Positions 62,484-64,000 of a stretch of 64,000 nucleotides of DNA are shown in pieces. The notes under the pieces were generated by a model. It saw nothing but the letters and a program-made list of their open reading frames with translations. It was not told where the DNA came from and searched no databases. Made by a program: the position numbers and the translations under genes. How positions within the stretch are numbered: the stretch's first letter is position 1; the number at the start of each line of letters is the position of its first letter. The DNA is from Macrostomum lignano. Its lineage: Eukaryota. The stretch spans positions 1 through 64,000 of the forward strand of contig NIVC01000430.1 in assembly GCA_002269645.1 (NCBI GenBank), written 5' to 3'.

Positions 62484-63483
62484 ATGAACAACAAGTTTCA
62501 ACAGTCGCCAAGAGGCAGCCATCGCGGCGGCAGTCGCCGGCCTAGCACTACTAGCAGGGGAGGCAGCATCAGAGCTGGCAGTCACAGTCGCGGTCGGGGC
62601 AGTCAAAATCATGGCAGCCATTCAACAGCGCCCGACGCTGCCCTACACGGCACCAGAGGCGGGGGTGTTGTCAGCAGAGCCAGGGGTTTGTTGTCCTATC
62701 GTCGCATAGGCAATGCCCAACAGCAGCAGCGTTTCAGTAGTGCCGCTTCGTCTTACTGGCAGCAGCAGCAGCAGCAGCAGTATCAGCAGGTTTCACAGTC
62801 GTCGGCCTCCTCGATGATGACAATGCCGCCACCTTCAGCGCCGCCGCCACAGAGGCCGTGGCAGCAGCGTCAGCAGCAGCAGCAGCAGCAGCTGCGCGGC
62901 CGAGGATCCCCGAGCCGTCAAAAACGCTACGCTGGTCGACGTCGTGTCTCCGCATCGAACGCTGCATCTTCAATCTTCATCTCAGCAGCATCAGCATCAG
63001 TCCTCGTCAACAGCTTCCACTTCAACGACGTCAACTTCGGCTGCCGTAGTTGATCCGCTCAATCTGCGCTGGGTGGCCGCTGAAAGCGAGCGTCGGGCGC
63101 GACGTGGTCACTCGCCGCTGCCTGGCGATAGTCCCGAGCCGGAGCCTCCGTCCGCGAATCAGCAGCAGCAACAGCAGCAGCAGAAATTCGTAGCCATGTA
63201 CGGAAATTTCCGGGCCGATTATAACAGGCAGACGCGCGGGGCTAGCGAGTTTAATATTGGTCAGATGCAGGACGACCGGCTGCAACTGCTGCAGCAGGAT
63301 TGGTACACGGGCAGGGACGTGTTGGATATCGGCTGCAACGACGGCGTATTCTCAATGCGCATTGCCGAGGCTATGGGAGTTAAATCTTTGACTGGTCTGG
63401 ACATTGACGAGGAGCTGGTGCGCACTGCCCAGAGCAATCTTGAGGATCGCCTGCGCGAGCTTGAGAAAGAGGAGGAAGGCAAG
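62484..63483 (+). CDS. MEPCE: 7SK snRNA methylphosphate capping enzyme (bin3 family), first exon; continues beyond the window
   Basis: Low-complexity R/G/Q-rich N-terminus, then DPLNL (63052), MYGNF, DDRLQLLQQDWYTGRDVLDIGCNDG...LTGLDIDEELVRTAQSNL (SAM-binding motif I and the bin3 signature), and donor AAG|GTGAGA at 63483. A frameshift or short intron is needed between about 62820 and 63050. Confidence 0.82.
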
Positions 63484-63589
63484 GTGAGAAACGTTTGTTT
63501 GAGGCTGGGTTACTCGCGAATAATAGCTACTGACAGTAGTGTCATGGCTCTGCACCCCATATTTTCGGTTTGTTGGGTCACCCGTAATC

Positions 63590-64000
63590 CTCCCAGATCC
63601 TTAGTTACTGAGCCACCAGCCTCCCAGATCCTCATTTGCTGGGCCAGCCTCCCAGATCCTCAGTTGCTGGGCCAGCCTCCCAGAGTTTCAGTTGCTGGGC
63701 CAGCCTCCCAGAGTGTCAGTTGCTGGGCCAGCCTCCCAGAGTGTCAGTTGCTGGGCCAGCCTCCCAGATCATCAGTTGCTGGGCCAGCCTCCCAGATCAT
63801 CAGTTGCTGGGCCAGCCTCCCAGATCCTCAGTTGCTGGGCCAGCCTCCCAGAGTGTCAGTTGCTGGGCCAGCCTCCCAGAGTGTCAGTTGCTGGGCCAGC
63901 CTCCCAGAGTGTCAGTTGCTGGGCCAGCCTCCCAGATCATCAGTTGCTGGGCCAGCCTCCCAGATCCTCAGTTGCTGGGCCAGCCTCCCAGATGCTCAAA
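63590..64000 (+). repeat. 28-bp minisatellite in the MEPCE intron, same family as 34350-34655
   Basis: Unit GTTGCTGGGCCAGCCTCCCAGA(TCCTCA/GTGTCA); runs off the window. Confidence 0.93.

Overview
Eukaryotic (invertebrate animal) genomic DNA with GC-rich exons, AT-rich intergenic DNA and a different tandem repeat in most introns. This style suggests a free-living flatworm such as Macrostomum (inference only). Genes supported, left to right: a gustatory-receptor-like (GRL/7TMIC) gene (-), an aquaglyceroporin (+), DNAI7/CFAP94/CASC1 (+), CISD2 (-), three paralogous intronless secreted Cys-rich protein genes of unknown family (two intact, one pseudogene), an omega-like GST (-), a multi-exon Caskin (-), a multi-exon insulin-receptor-family kinase with an atypical kinase domain (-), and the first exon of MEPCE/bin3 (+). 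Mobile DNA: a 5'-truncated RTE-like LINE, a tRNA-headed CORE-SINE, a solo LTR with a 4-bp TSD, and a hAT-type MITE with an 8-bp TSD. Many frameshifts in the GRL and receptor genes are single G/C losses in short homopolymers and look like long-read consensus errors. Most interesting: (1) the secreted-protein cluster with near-identical cores and variable C-terminal loops, (2) the insulin-receptor paralog with no activation-loop tyrosines and no NPxY, (3) minisatellites built from transcription-factor consensus sites (RFX X-box, CCAAT, Forkhead), and (4) a candidate ankyrin-less Caskin isoform. No CRISPR array or functional RNA gene was found.
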